From positions 58,767 through 122,766 of the forward strand of contig JAFYUU010000015.1 in the NCBI GenBank assembly GCA_017549445.1: DNA of 64,000 nucleotides. The letters run 5' to 3'. Both the position numbers and the translations under genes were made by a program. Origin of the DNA: Alphaproteobacteria bacterium. GTDB lineage: Bacteria; Pseudomonadota; Alphaproteobacteria; Rs-D84. Shown here in pieces: positions 18,795 to 27,398 of the stretch (its first letter is position 1; every line of letters begins with the position of its first letter). The notes below the pieces were generated by a model that did no database searches, was not told where the DNA came from, and saw nothing but the letters and a program-made list of their open reading frames with translations.

Positions 18795-19244
18795 ATGGGG
18801 AATAAAAAGATGACAATACCTGAATTTTTATCTGCCATTAAAACCCGTGGTGCAATTTTATCACCGGGCATATCTACGGGGAAAATTACACTGATAAATT
18901 CAACCCTGCAACAGATGCGTTCTGCAATGCTTCCCAAGATGATTCAGGATTTATACACAACCTGTGGTGGCATCATACTGGACGGTGGCTATATCTTTGG
19001 CCCCACTGAACAAGAACACGCCGGTCGCACCCCTGTGCCAGACATAATATCTGTAAATCGTGATTTTTCAGGTCTGCCAAATTTGGCACCTAAAACCATA
19101 TTTGGCCGCAACGATTTGTTTATTTTTGCCTTTGATGCATTTGGCACTTTCTATATGTTGGACAACCTGACGTTGCGTCCTTTGCGTAAATATCAAGACG
19201 GCATACGTGCCCTGACCGATTGCCTAATAGCGGGGAAATTTTAA
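18795..19244 (+). CDS. hypothetical protein of about 149 aa. The start is MGNKKM, and the listed 197-aa ORF from 18651 overlaps the upstream gene.
   Basis: It begins 5 nt after the upstream stop. Confidence 0.45.
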   Translation: MGNKKMTIPEFLSAIKTRGAILSPGISTGKITLINSTLQQMRSAMLPKMIQDLYTTCGGIILDGGYIFGPTEQEHAGRTPVPDIISVNRDFSGLPNLAPKTIFGRNDLFIFAFDAFGTFYMLDNLTLRPLRKYQDGIRALTDCLIAGKF

Positions 19245-19249
19245 TCACA

Positions 19250-19456
19250 ATGAAGAAAATATCTGTATCTTTATCGGGCCATCAAACCAGCATAACCCTG
19301 GAACCAGAATTTATTGATGTATTGAAAAAATTGGCCACGGCCCACAAACAATCTGTTGCATCAATCATCAATCAAATTGATACAACCCGCACCCCAGACA
19401 CGAATCTATCATCTGCAATCCGCGTCTGGATTTTGCAACAATTATTAAAGAAATAA
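19250..19456 (+). CDS. ribbon-helix-helix DNA-binding protein (RHH_4-like)
   Basis: MKKISVSLSGHQTSITLEPEFIDVLKKLA...SVASIINQID matches the alphaproteobacterial small RHH family. It starts 6 nt after the upstream stop. Confidence 0.55.
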   Translation: MKKISVSLSGHQTSITLEPEFIDVLKKLATAHKQSVASIINQIDTTRTPDTNLSSAIRVWILQQLLKK

Positions 19457-19463
19457 TCTTTTC

Positions 19464-21485
19464 TTATTCTCTATCAATCACACGCAATATTGCCACCCCC
19501 AGTATTGTCACAATGGCAATAATCAGCATCCAACCATTCAGTCCAATCAAACGATAAATTGTGTCGTGTGCCCCCCATACAAATCCGTCCAGCACCCCAC
19601 TGGTCCCCACCGGCAACCAAGACATAATTGTTCCATCTGACATAACAAACGCACTGATACCTGAATAGTTTGCACGCACCACCGGCAATCCTGATTCGAT
19701 TGCATATCTACGCACCATATCTAAATGTTGATATGTCCCTGGTGTATTTCCGAACCAGTTATCATTTGTAATATTTATGATTGCATTTGGACTGACCCCT
19801 GCCCCATCTGGCACCAAAGAATCAGAAAAGATAATTTCATAACATACCGCAGGTGCAAATATAAACTCGCCCCCCTGCATATTTATTCCAATCAGTTCCG
19901 CCCCATTTCCTGGTACCATATTTGCCGGACCGGGCAAGATCCCCAATGGTCTATACTCTCCAAATGGCACCAAATGCGTTTTGCTGTATACGCTTGAAAT
20001 CTGGCCATTTGGCGTTGCCACCACCATTGAATTATGAACACCTTTTTCATCAACTGTTGTTGCACCAATCACAATACTTTTACCCAATGCTTGGGCCAAT
20101 GGCAATGTATCATCTGGCAAAATGGCAAACGGATATGTTGTCTCGGGGAACACAATCAAATCCACATCTGCATTACCCGTTGCCAACGCATATAATTGCT
20201 TCATATTTTCTTCTGCACGTGCCAATGCCTGTTCTCTGCTGTGCGTTGCTTTTTTCTGTTGGCTTTGTGCAGGTTGCACAATCCGTATCAGTTGCTTTGC
20301 GTCATCTGCCCCTGCATCTGCCCGCATCATATTTTCACGACCTGCGACACATGCAACTAAAATCATCAATGCAAAAAAGGAAAAATTTACAAAGGTCGAA
20401 AAACGCCGTCTACGCATAATTTCAACGGTTCCAGCAACAAACCCCAACATAATAAACGTCAATCCCAACGCGCCCCACAACGACATAGAATTTGCCAACA
20501 TCGGCATAGTCATTGAAATATTTGCAACCGGATTCCACGGGAACCCTGTGAACAACCACTCACGCAACCACAGCACCAATGTCCACACCCCTGCGAACAA
20601 GATTGCCCTGCCCGCACCAGATACTTTTGCAACACGCAACACGGCAAATGGAATACCGAATATAAAACTGCCTGCGATTCCCAACCCAATTACCCCTGGC
20701 AGTGTCCACATCGCAAATTGTTGTGTCAATTCTGGCACCACATAAATTGAATGCAGTGTCCACCAAAACATCGCAATTGCATAGCACGCCCCAAACGGAG
20801 CAACATACAAGAACGCCCGCCAAAACTTTACTTTTTTTTCCGCCCGCACGGTCAGCCAATATGCCCCTGCGAAACACAGTGCGGTAATCCACCACATATT
20901 AAACGGTGCATACCCCAAACCGGCAAACGCACCAAACAGTGCGTATAGCAAATATTGCAACTGTCCACCTTCTTTTATTTTCAACCGTTTCCAGAATGCA
21001 ACAAACCGCCCCCCTGGACAACATGCACCATCTGCACAAACAAATTCCACTTCGTCCATATATGGATTTTTTATTCCCAACTTTTTCAAGATTTTTATTT
21101 CCTTATCTTCCATTTTTTTTGCATCTGCATCTTTAATATGATCATATCCCATCAAATGCAGCACCCCATGCACAACCATATGTGCGGTATGTTCTTCAAC
21201 CGTAATTTTTGCATCCTTTGCCTCACGCAAAACAGTATCAACCGAAATATAAATGTCCCCCAACAAAACATCATCTTCTAACTCAAAAGACAAAACATTT
21301 GTCGGTTTATCCATACCACGATATGACCTGTTTAATTCGTGAATTTCCGCATCATCAGTCAACACAATCGACACTTCGGAATCTTTGTATACGGACGAAT
21401 CCAAGGCATTGACGATTTTATCAAAATCAATTTTATACTTGTTCCAACGTTTATCATGAATATCAACAAATACTTTCATATCCAA
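19464..21485 (-). CDS. ybeY-lnt: in-frame fusion of endoribonuclease YbeY (N-terminal ~150 aa) and apolipoprotein N-acyltransferase Lnt (C-terminal ~520 aa)
   Basis: YbeY HGVLHLMGYDH zinc motif in the N-terminus. Lnt TM region and CN-hydrolase triad contexts follow (FPETTYPF, SKTHLVPFGEYRP, APAVCYEIIF). It is one uninterrupted 673-aa ORF. Confidence 0.8.
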   Translation of the reverse strand: MDMKVFVDIHDKRWNKYKIDFDKIVNALDSSVYKDSEVSIVLTDDAEIHELNRSYRGMDKPTNVLSFELEDDVLLGDIYISVDTVLREAKDAKITVEEHTAHMVVHGVLHLMGYDHIKDADAKKMEDKEIKILKKLGIKNPYMDEVEFVCADGACCPGGRFVAFWKRLKIKEGGQLQYLLYALFGAFAGLGYAPFNMWWITALCFAGAYWLTVRAEKKVKFWRAFLYVAPFGACYAIAMFWWTLHSIYVVPELTQQFAMWTLPGVIGLGIAGSFIFGIPFAVLRVAKVSGAGRAILFAGVWTLVLWLREWLFTGFPWNPVANISMTMPMLANSMSLWGALGLTFIMLGFVAGTVEIMRRRRFSTFVNFSFFALMILVACVAGRENMMRADAGADDAKQLIRIVQPAQSQQKKATHSREQALARAEENMKQLYALATGNADVDLIVFPETTYPFAILPDDTLPLAQALGKSIVIGATTVDEKGVHNSMVVATPNGQISSVYSKTHLVPFGEYRPLGILPGPANMVPGNGAELIGINMQGGEFIFAPAVCYEIIFSDSLVPDGAGVSPNAIINITNDNWFGNTPGTYQHLDMVRRYAIESGLPVVRANYSGISAFVMSDGTIMSWLPVGTSGVLDGFVWGAHDTIYRLIGLNGWMLIIAIVTILGVAILRVIDRE

Positions 21486-21491
21486 AATCCA

Positions 21492-23462
21492 TTATGCTTT
21501 TTGTGTTTTTTCTTGTTCACGCATCATCGCTTCATATTCCAACAGATTTATCGTTCCCCCAATTGCCTTGACACGTTCAGATGCCAAATTAAATGCGACT
21601 TTCTGTTTTTTACCAGTTTTTTCTTCCAGTGCTTTTTCCACTCTATCTAAATCTTTTTGCACTTTGGAATTACCATTTTTCACTGCCAACCGATAATTAT
21701 CCCGTGCTTTTTCCAAATCCCCTTTCTTTTCATACGCCACCCCTGCGTTATATTGTGCGGCCCCGTATTGTGATTTATCCCCGATACGTCTAACAATCTG
21801 TCGCACCTGCTCGATTGCCTCGTCATACATTTCCAGTTCAATATAAGTTGTTGCCAAATCATTACGCAACAAGGCATTATCAGGATATTTTTCAACCAAT
21901 GCCTCATACTTTTCTCTTGCGACTTTATAGTTTCCCTGCTGGAATTGTTCCAGTGCCTCGGCATATTCTTGTTCATACCCGATAACATAAGTTTCTTTTT
22001 CAACTATCTTTTGCTTTTTCGTCTTTTTAACTTTCTCAACTTTTTTATCCAGTTTATCGACACCTTTTTCACATACCGCAATCGCATCAGCGGGCAAAAC
22101 ATCACGAACCCTTAAACTTCCTGCCATAGAATTTCCGTTTTTATCTACTGGATTTGCCAACCATTTCTTGAACTTGGCAACTGTTTCTTTATTTACCTTT
22201 CTATTTTGCCCATTTACAATAAACCAGTTTTCTCTTGCCCTGCCTGTATAATCAAAAAACTCAGACATTCCATTTACTGGCACATTTAACAAATCCTGTG
22301 GTGTAATATCACAGTTCATAATACATGCCTCTAACCAACGCCGCCACAAAATCCCATCTCCGTCCTTTCTTGTATTTATAAACCACCCCAACGCATCTGC
22401 CATATCCGATTCTTTACCACCATGCAACCAATGCTTACCAACACTGGCGGGCTTTTTTACTGGGAACATTTCGAAATAAGCCCTTACATATTCGTCCGTC
22501 AACGCATCTCCCAATTCATCATGCAGTCGTCTTATTTCTTCGAATCTATTTTTTGCATTTACATCATTTCGGTCTTCTATAACCAACACACCACCATTAT
22601 AAATTGCAGATGCAATCATCATTGCTTCATGCACAGAATCCACATCCACATCATCAAACGCCACGTCATAGCAATACATCATCAAGAAAGTTTCTTTATC
22701 TTCCAAATGCCATCTGGCCAATTCATATGCTTCTTCTGTGGTAATTGGTGGTGTATTACTTGTAATCGGCTTTCCGTCTTTACCAACCGTATTTCCAAAA
22801 CCGATTGTCGCCTTGCCTCTTGGTTTTTGTCCTGGCTTTAATATTCTACCAGTAGCATCATCATACGGCACATGCATACCATCTTTCATACGCACGCCTT
22901 CCATTGAAACCAAGTTTGTAATAATCATCGGCAAGATTTTTTCCATTCGTGCCTTGTATGCCCCGTATGTTCCTGGGGTCACGGAAATTTCTTCATCTTG
23001 TTCAGATGCCGAAAACACATCTTTAATCCAGCTTCTAACTGCCTCAATTGCACCAGATTTATCTTGTCCATCACCTGTCACTTCCACATTTTCAATTTTG
23101 TCAGTATTTTCTGCATCATTGTCCCGATCACGATTACGCAATCCCCAATAGCCACCACCAACAACACTCAACATCATCAAATAATACGTCAGATAACTAA
23201 AAACCCATGGATTATTTTTTACAAATCGAGTTCCTTTTGTTTCCCCATGTGGCAATCTTGTTTTTGGATCAATTTTTTCTTCCTTTTTCAATGCCAGTTT
23301 TTCTGTCCCCCGCTCTAATCCACGTATCACAAAATTATTGAGCGTCAGTCCAACAAACGCCTTTACAAATTTATCCATAATCCACAGCAACGTATTGGTT
23401 GAAAATTGTCCTACTTTTTCTGCTGCTGTCTTCTTTGTTGCCACCGCTTTCTTTTTTGCCAT
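21492..23462 (-). CDS. membrane-anchored protein with a GH24 (phage-type) lysozyme-like domain and C-terminal TPR repeats
   Basis: Basic N-terminus, one TM helix, and the motif run EGVRMKDGMHVPYDDATG...ATIGFGNT...ITTEEAYELARWHLED. These parallel the GH24 E-G-x-R-x-K-x-Y-x-D / TIGYGHT / ITxxQAxxLL motifs. TPR-like repeats follow (YEQEYAEALEQFQQGNYKVAREKYEALVEKYPDN...). Start set at MAKKK with an AAGGAAG Shine-Dalgarno. Confidence 0.6.
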   Translation of the reverse strand: MAKKKAVATKKTAAEKVGQFSTNTLLWIMDKFVKAFVGLTLNNFVIRGLERGTEKLALKKEEKIDPKTRLPHGETKGTRFVKNNPWVFSYLTYYLMMLSVVGGGYWGLRNRDRDNDAENTDKIENVEVTGDGQDKSGAIEAVRSWIKDVFSASEQDEEISVTPGTYGAYKARMEKILPMIITNLVSMEGVRMKDGMHVPYDDATGRILKPGQKPRGKATIGFGNTVGKDGKPITSNTPPITTEEAYELARWHLEDKETFLMMYCYDVAFDDVDVDSVHEAMMIASAIYNGGVLVIEDRNDVNAKNRFEEIRRLHDELGDALTDEYVRAYFEMFPVKKPASVGKHWLHGGKESDMADALGWFINTRKDGDGILWRRWLEACIMNCDITPQDLLNVPVNGMSEFFDYTGRARENWFIVNGQNRKVNKETVAKFKKWLANPVDKNGNSMAGSLRVRDVLPADAIAVCEKGVDKLDKKVEKVKKTKKQKIVEKETYVIGYEQEYAEALEQFQQGNYKVAREKYEALVEKYPDNALLRNDLATTYIELEMYDEAIEQVRQIVRRIGDKSQYGAAQYNAGVAYEKKGDLEKARDNYRLAVKNGNSKVQKDLDRVEKALEEKTGKKQKVAFNLASERVKAIGGTINLLEYEAMMREQEKTQKA

Positions 23463-23481
23463 AATCCGCTTCCTTTTTTTT

Positions 23482-23850
23482 TTATTTCTTCCCCAGTCCT
23501 GTTTTTTTTGCAATTTTGGAACGTTTTTCTGCATAATCTGGTGCCACCATTGGATAGTTATCTGGCAACCCCCATTTTTCTTTATATTGTTCAGGTGTCA
23601 TTTTATACCTGCGTCTGATGTATCTTCGCAACATAACGTGCCACGTTCCATCTTCCAGACATTGAATTTTATCTGGTTTAACGGAATCCTTTATTTGTTG
23701 TGGTGTCACCGAAGCCCCCCGCAGTATTTCCCGTGCCTGCTTTACTGCATGTTCCATGGTCAGTTTTGGATTTGCCGCAATCGCAGCAGCCGCTAAATTA
23801 GCCACCGCCAACGCAAATTCTGAACTATTATTTATATTTACCAATTGCAC
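23482..23850 (-). CDS. mucR: MucR/Ros-family transcriptional regulator whose zinc-ligand positions are substituted
   Basis: ...CLEDGTWHVMLRRYIRRRYKMTPEQYKEKWGLPDNYPMVAPDYAEKRSKIAKKTGLG aligns with the Ros CLECGK...HL..HH..TPEEYR.KW.LP.DYPMVAP.YA..RS..AK..GLG region. The ligands C,C,H,H read C,D,Y,Y. Confidence 0.8.
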   Translation of the reverse strand: MQLVNINNSSEFALAVANLAAAAIAANPKLTMEHAVKQAREILRGASVTPQQIKDSVKPDKIQCLEDGTWHVMLRRYIRRRYKMTPEQYKEKWGLPDNYPMVAPDYAEKRSKIAKKTGLGKK

Positions 23851-23913
23851 CGCCCTTAAATATTTAATAATATGATTATATCACAAAAGAAGTCCAAATA
23901 AAAGCCAAGTAAA

Positions 23914-25185
23914 ATGACACGTCCACTTGCCGATTTAATGCGTCCGAACACTATTGACCAGGTTGTAGGTCAAACCACCCTATTGGGCGAGAACGGCCTT
24001 GTTCGCCGCATGGTTGACAACAAGAAATTATCAAATTTAATTTTATGGGGTCCCCCCGGCTGTGGCAAGACAACAATTGCCCGTGCATTGGCAAATTCGG
24101 TTGATATGGACTTTGTTCCAATGTCTGCGGTTTTTTCTGGCACCGCAGATATAAAAAAGGCAATGGACACCGCCCGTATGTCACGTGACATTGGTCGCAA
24201 CACCTTGCTGTTCATAGACGAAATCCATCGTTTCAACAAAACACAACAAGACACCCTTTTACCATACCTAGAAGACGGCACAGTTGTATTTATGGGTGCC
24301 ACGACCGAAAACCCCAGTTTCAACCTGAACAACGCATTGCTGTCACGTTGTCACGTTGGTGTTTTGCAACCACTGTCCACCGAAGATTTATTGACTTTAA
24401 TTACACGGGCCGAAGAATTTTTAGAAAAAAAATTACCACTGGATGAAAATGCCCGTATTCATCTGGCCCAAATGGCTGACGGAGATGCACGATTTTTATT
24501 AAACACGGTTGAATACCTGGTCAATGCAAATTTCAAGGAAACCCTGACCCCAGACGGGTTGGATTCCGCCGTCCAGAAACGTGCCCCCCTATCTGACAAG
24601 CACGGCGATGAACATTACAATTTAATATCTGCTGTCCACAAATCTCTGCGTGCCAGTGACACTGATGCGGCCCTGTATTGGACGGCCCGCATGATGACAT
24701 CTGGCCAAGACCCAATGTATATCTTTCGCCGTCTGACCCGCTTTGCGGTCGAAGACGTTGGTCTTGCTGATCCAAACGCACTACAAATTGCGATTTCCGC
24801 CTGGCAGGCATACGAACGTCTGGGCAGTCCCGAAGGCGACCTGGCCCTGACCCAACTGGTAATATACCTTGGCACGGCCCCTAAAAGTGTTGGAAACTAT
24901 CGTGCACAAAAATCTGCGTATGCATCTGCCCGTCAAACAGGATCATTGATGCCACCCAAGAATATATTAAATGCACCAACAAAGATGATGCGTGATTTGG
25001 GATACAATGCAGGATATATCTACGAACCCGACACTGCATCTGGATTTTCTGGCCAGAATTGTTTTCCCGAAGAAATGGGTCGTCAAAAATATTATTTTCC
25101 TGTTGAACGTGGCTTTGAACGAGAAATCAAAAAACGTTTAGAATATTGGGATTCCCTGCGTGAAAAAATAAACAAAAAAAATTAA
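23914..25185 (+). CDS. rarA: replication-associated recombination protein A (AAA+ ATPase RarA/MgsA)
   Basis: Walker A GPPGCGKTT, 423 aa, RarA-type C-terminal domain. Confidence 0.9.
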   Translation: MTRPLADLMRPNTIDQVVGQTTLLGENGLVRRMVDNKKLSNLILWGPPGCGKTTIARALANSVDMDFVPMSAVFSGTADIKKAMDTARMSRDIGRNTLLFIDEIHRFNKTQQDTLLPYLEDGTVVFMGATTENPSFNLNNALLSRCHVGVLQPLSTEDLLTLITRAEEFLEKKLPLDENARIHLAQMADGDARFLLNTVEYLVNANFKETLTPDGLDSAVQKRAPLSDKHGDEHYNLISAVHKSLRASDTDAALYWTARMMTSGQDPMYIFRRLTRFAVEDVGLADPNALQIAISAWQAYERLGSPEGDLALTQLVIYLGTAPKSVGNYRAQKSAYASARQTGSLMPPKNILNAPTKMMRDLGYNAGYIYEPDTASGFSGQNCFPEEMGRQKYYFPVERGFEREIKKRLEYWDSLREKINKKN

Positions 25186-25208
25186 AATCCCCAAACGGGG
25201 ATTTTTAA
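25186..25208. terminator. bidirectional intrinsic terminator between rarA and the OMP gene
   Basis: AAAATCCCCAAACGGGGATTTT hairpin. Confidence 0.55.
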
Positions 25209-25922
25209 TCAGAATAAAATATTGATGCCCAGTCCAATCTGCACTGTGTCATCTTCGAACTCGTAATTCACAATTCCGGCATATTGTGTCCGCCCATACT
25301 GACGCACCACCTTGAAATTCAACCACTCTTGGTCATAGTTTGGATTTGTTGCCTTGCGAATTGTGGCCCCTGCCCCCAAACGCCAATCTGGTGCGACACG
25401 GAAATATGCCTCGGGTATAAAATCAATAAAACTCATTCCTCGTTCAGAATCAAACACCCAACTGGATTTAATTGTCCCAGACAATGTCAGTCCTGCCCAT
25501 TGGCGACCGAACCGCCACCCAGCATAGTATGTTGAATCTGCAAAATACGGTGTTCTAACATGAGAACTGCCCCCGAACTTAAATCCAAAAATAACATCTG
25601 AAATAATCTGTGCATTACTGTCTGATGCGGTTGCGACACGATACACACCACCCAAATCAACACTGGAAAAACCATCTTCATCACCAGCAAAATCATTTTG
25701 ATAATTTACATCTGCACTGAATACCAAACGATTATTCATACCATATGATAAATTCTGACCAAACCGCAACACATCACGTCCATATAAAACCCGTGATTGG
25801 GACAAAACCCTTTCCATTTCTGGCATAAACAGCGGATCAAAACTATCCTGATTCAATTCAGATGCCCACCCACCTGTGGACAAACAAACGGCCAACAAAC
25901 CAACAAAAAAATGTTTCAGCAT
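25209..25922 (-). CDS. outer-membrane beta-barrel protein (small OMP of OmpW/MipA-like size)
   Basis: Signal peptide, alternating amphipathic strands and a C-terminal ...GINILF with terminal Phe. Confidence 0.55.
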   Translation of the reverse strand: MLKHFFVGLLAVCLSTGGWASELNQDSFDPLFMPEMERVLSQSRVLYGRDVLRFGQNLSYGMNNRLVFSADVNYQNDFAGDEDGFSSVDLGGVYRVATASDSNAQIISDVIFGFKFGGSSHVRTPYFADSTYYAGWRFGRQWAGLTLSGTIKSSWVFDSERGMSFIDFIPEAYFRVAPDWRLGAGATIRKATNPNYDQEWLNFKVVRQYGRTQYAGIVNYEFEDDTVQIGLGINILF

Positions 25923-26020
25923 TTTATTATTCCCTGTTGCAATTTTCCCCAGAATCTATGCGTACAGACCCCATTTCGGGGTCTGTCCACGACACACACA
26001 ATTTTGTATTTCTATTCAGA

Positions 26021-27322
26021 TTAGAAATAGAATATAACCTGTGCACCCAATGTCATCTCTGCATAATCAGACAGTTCTGCACTTCCGATATGTTGCAACC
26101 CCGTAAGTGCATTTTCCCCTAACTCGGCATCTGTCTGTGACGCATAAATTCCATCGCCACCGTAATACATATTTACTTTCTTATCATCTGCACTGTCAAA
26201 GAAAGATGTTTTTGCATACAGATTCAATGCAAACCATTCATTTGGTTGCCATCCAATTGCACCCTTGATAGATGCCTGGTTATGCCAATCATATGCACCG
26301 AACACCGCTTCAACATTTAATGTCCAATCTTGATTCAGCACACTGAACACACCGGCACCCAATTCGAAATATGTTGCACTGGACGCATCATCATCATATG
26401 CCAAAAAGAAATTTCCATTTGGTTTATTTAATCCTACCCCATATGCATTATCTTCGAAATCAACATACCACGCACGACCCAATCCATAGATTGTTGATGT
26501 TGAAACTTTGTATCCACCTTTCAGGTCTAATACAAAATTATTTGCGACATCTTTTTGATTCTGGAAATATGCAGATGCCGTTGCAATCCATTTTTCATTA
26601 TCAACAAATCGCCATTGTGCACCCAATCCCAAAACCTTTAACGAAGTTTCATCATCTTTATCGGATGTGCCGTCTTCCCATTTAAATTCATAGTCATCAA
26701 TATCAAATCTTGCCATTGCCAACACAGCAATCTGGTCTGTGATACCATAACTGAAATCTTCTTTGACTGTAATTCCTGTATGATCAAAAGACCCTTTTGC
26801 AAACATGCTTTGGAAATCAATCACACCAGCCACACTAGATTCATCTAACGCCCAAAACTCGCCCGCTGGACTGGCAAACTTGAAATCAAAAGAATTATTA
26901 TTATAGGCAATATCCGTGATAGACCCGAACTTACCTTCCAATGGCTGGAAGAAAGGATGAGCCAAATAATATTTACGATTTAATTTATTTATCGTTGTTT
27001 CCGTGCGTGTTGTGCGAATTGTTGTTTTGTTTGCACCCGCCAACGAAGAATTTGCCCCTTCGTATTGTTTATACATCTGACTGCGTTGTGATGGTGTCAC
27101 ATAATACAAATCCGATGCCGAAGAATCTTTTTGTTCATATGTTTTTGTATATGTGCGTGTTTTGTATTTTTCATAGTTGACATTTTCACGCACACGTTCT
27201 GCTGGTGCACCTGTTAAATCTGCACTGGATCCTGCACGTGTTCCGTGATTAGTATATGCCACCACTGGCGACACGCCGACCATGGCCAACGCCAACACAA
27301 ATAAAGACAACTGTTTTTTCAT
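26021..27322 (-). CDS. outer-membrane beta-barrel protein (porin-like, 433 aa)
   Basis: Signal peptide (AMVGVSPVVA), aromatic-rich amphipathic strands and a C-terminal ...VIFYF. Confidence 0.55.
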   Translation of the reverse strand: MKKQLSLFVLALAMVGVSPVVAYTNHGTRAGSSADLTGAPAERVRENVNYEKYKTRTYTKTYEQKDSSASDLYYVTPSQRSQMYKQYEGANSSLAGANKTTIRTTRTETTINKLNRKYYLAHPFFQPLEGKFGSITDIAYNNNSFDFKFASPAGEFWALDESSVAGVIDFQSMFAKGSFDHTGITVKEDFSYGITDQIAVLAMARFDIDDYEFKWEDGTSDKDDETSLKVLGLGAQWRFVDNEKWIATASAYFQNQKDVANNFVLDLKGGYKVSTSTIYGLGRAWYVDFEDNAYGVGLNKPNGNFFLAYDDDASSATYFELGAGVFSVLNQDWTLNVEAVFGAYDWHNQASIKGAIGWQPNEWFALNLYAKTSFFDSADDKKVNMYYGGDGIYASQTDAELGENALTGLQHIGSAELSDYAEMTLGAQVIFYF

Positions 27323-27398
27323 TCCAAGAACTCCTTTTGATGAAAATTATATCACAAAAATGCCCCATTATAAAGCATTTTCACATAATCTCTCTCCC

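Noticed and set aside
21492-23462. GH24 lysozyme domain as evidence of a prophage
   Set aside because: There are no capsid, tail, terminase or holin genes in the neighbourhood. The domain is embedded in a large TM/TPR protein under MucR, so it is more likely a domesticated or cellular protein.
25923-26020. Inverted repeats TATTTCTA-N7-TAGAAATA and CAGACCCCATTTCGGGGTCTG between the two OMP genes
   Set aside because: They are most simply the terminator of the upstream OMP gene plus AT-rich promoter DNA. No second copy was seen elsewhere in the window.
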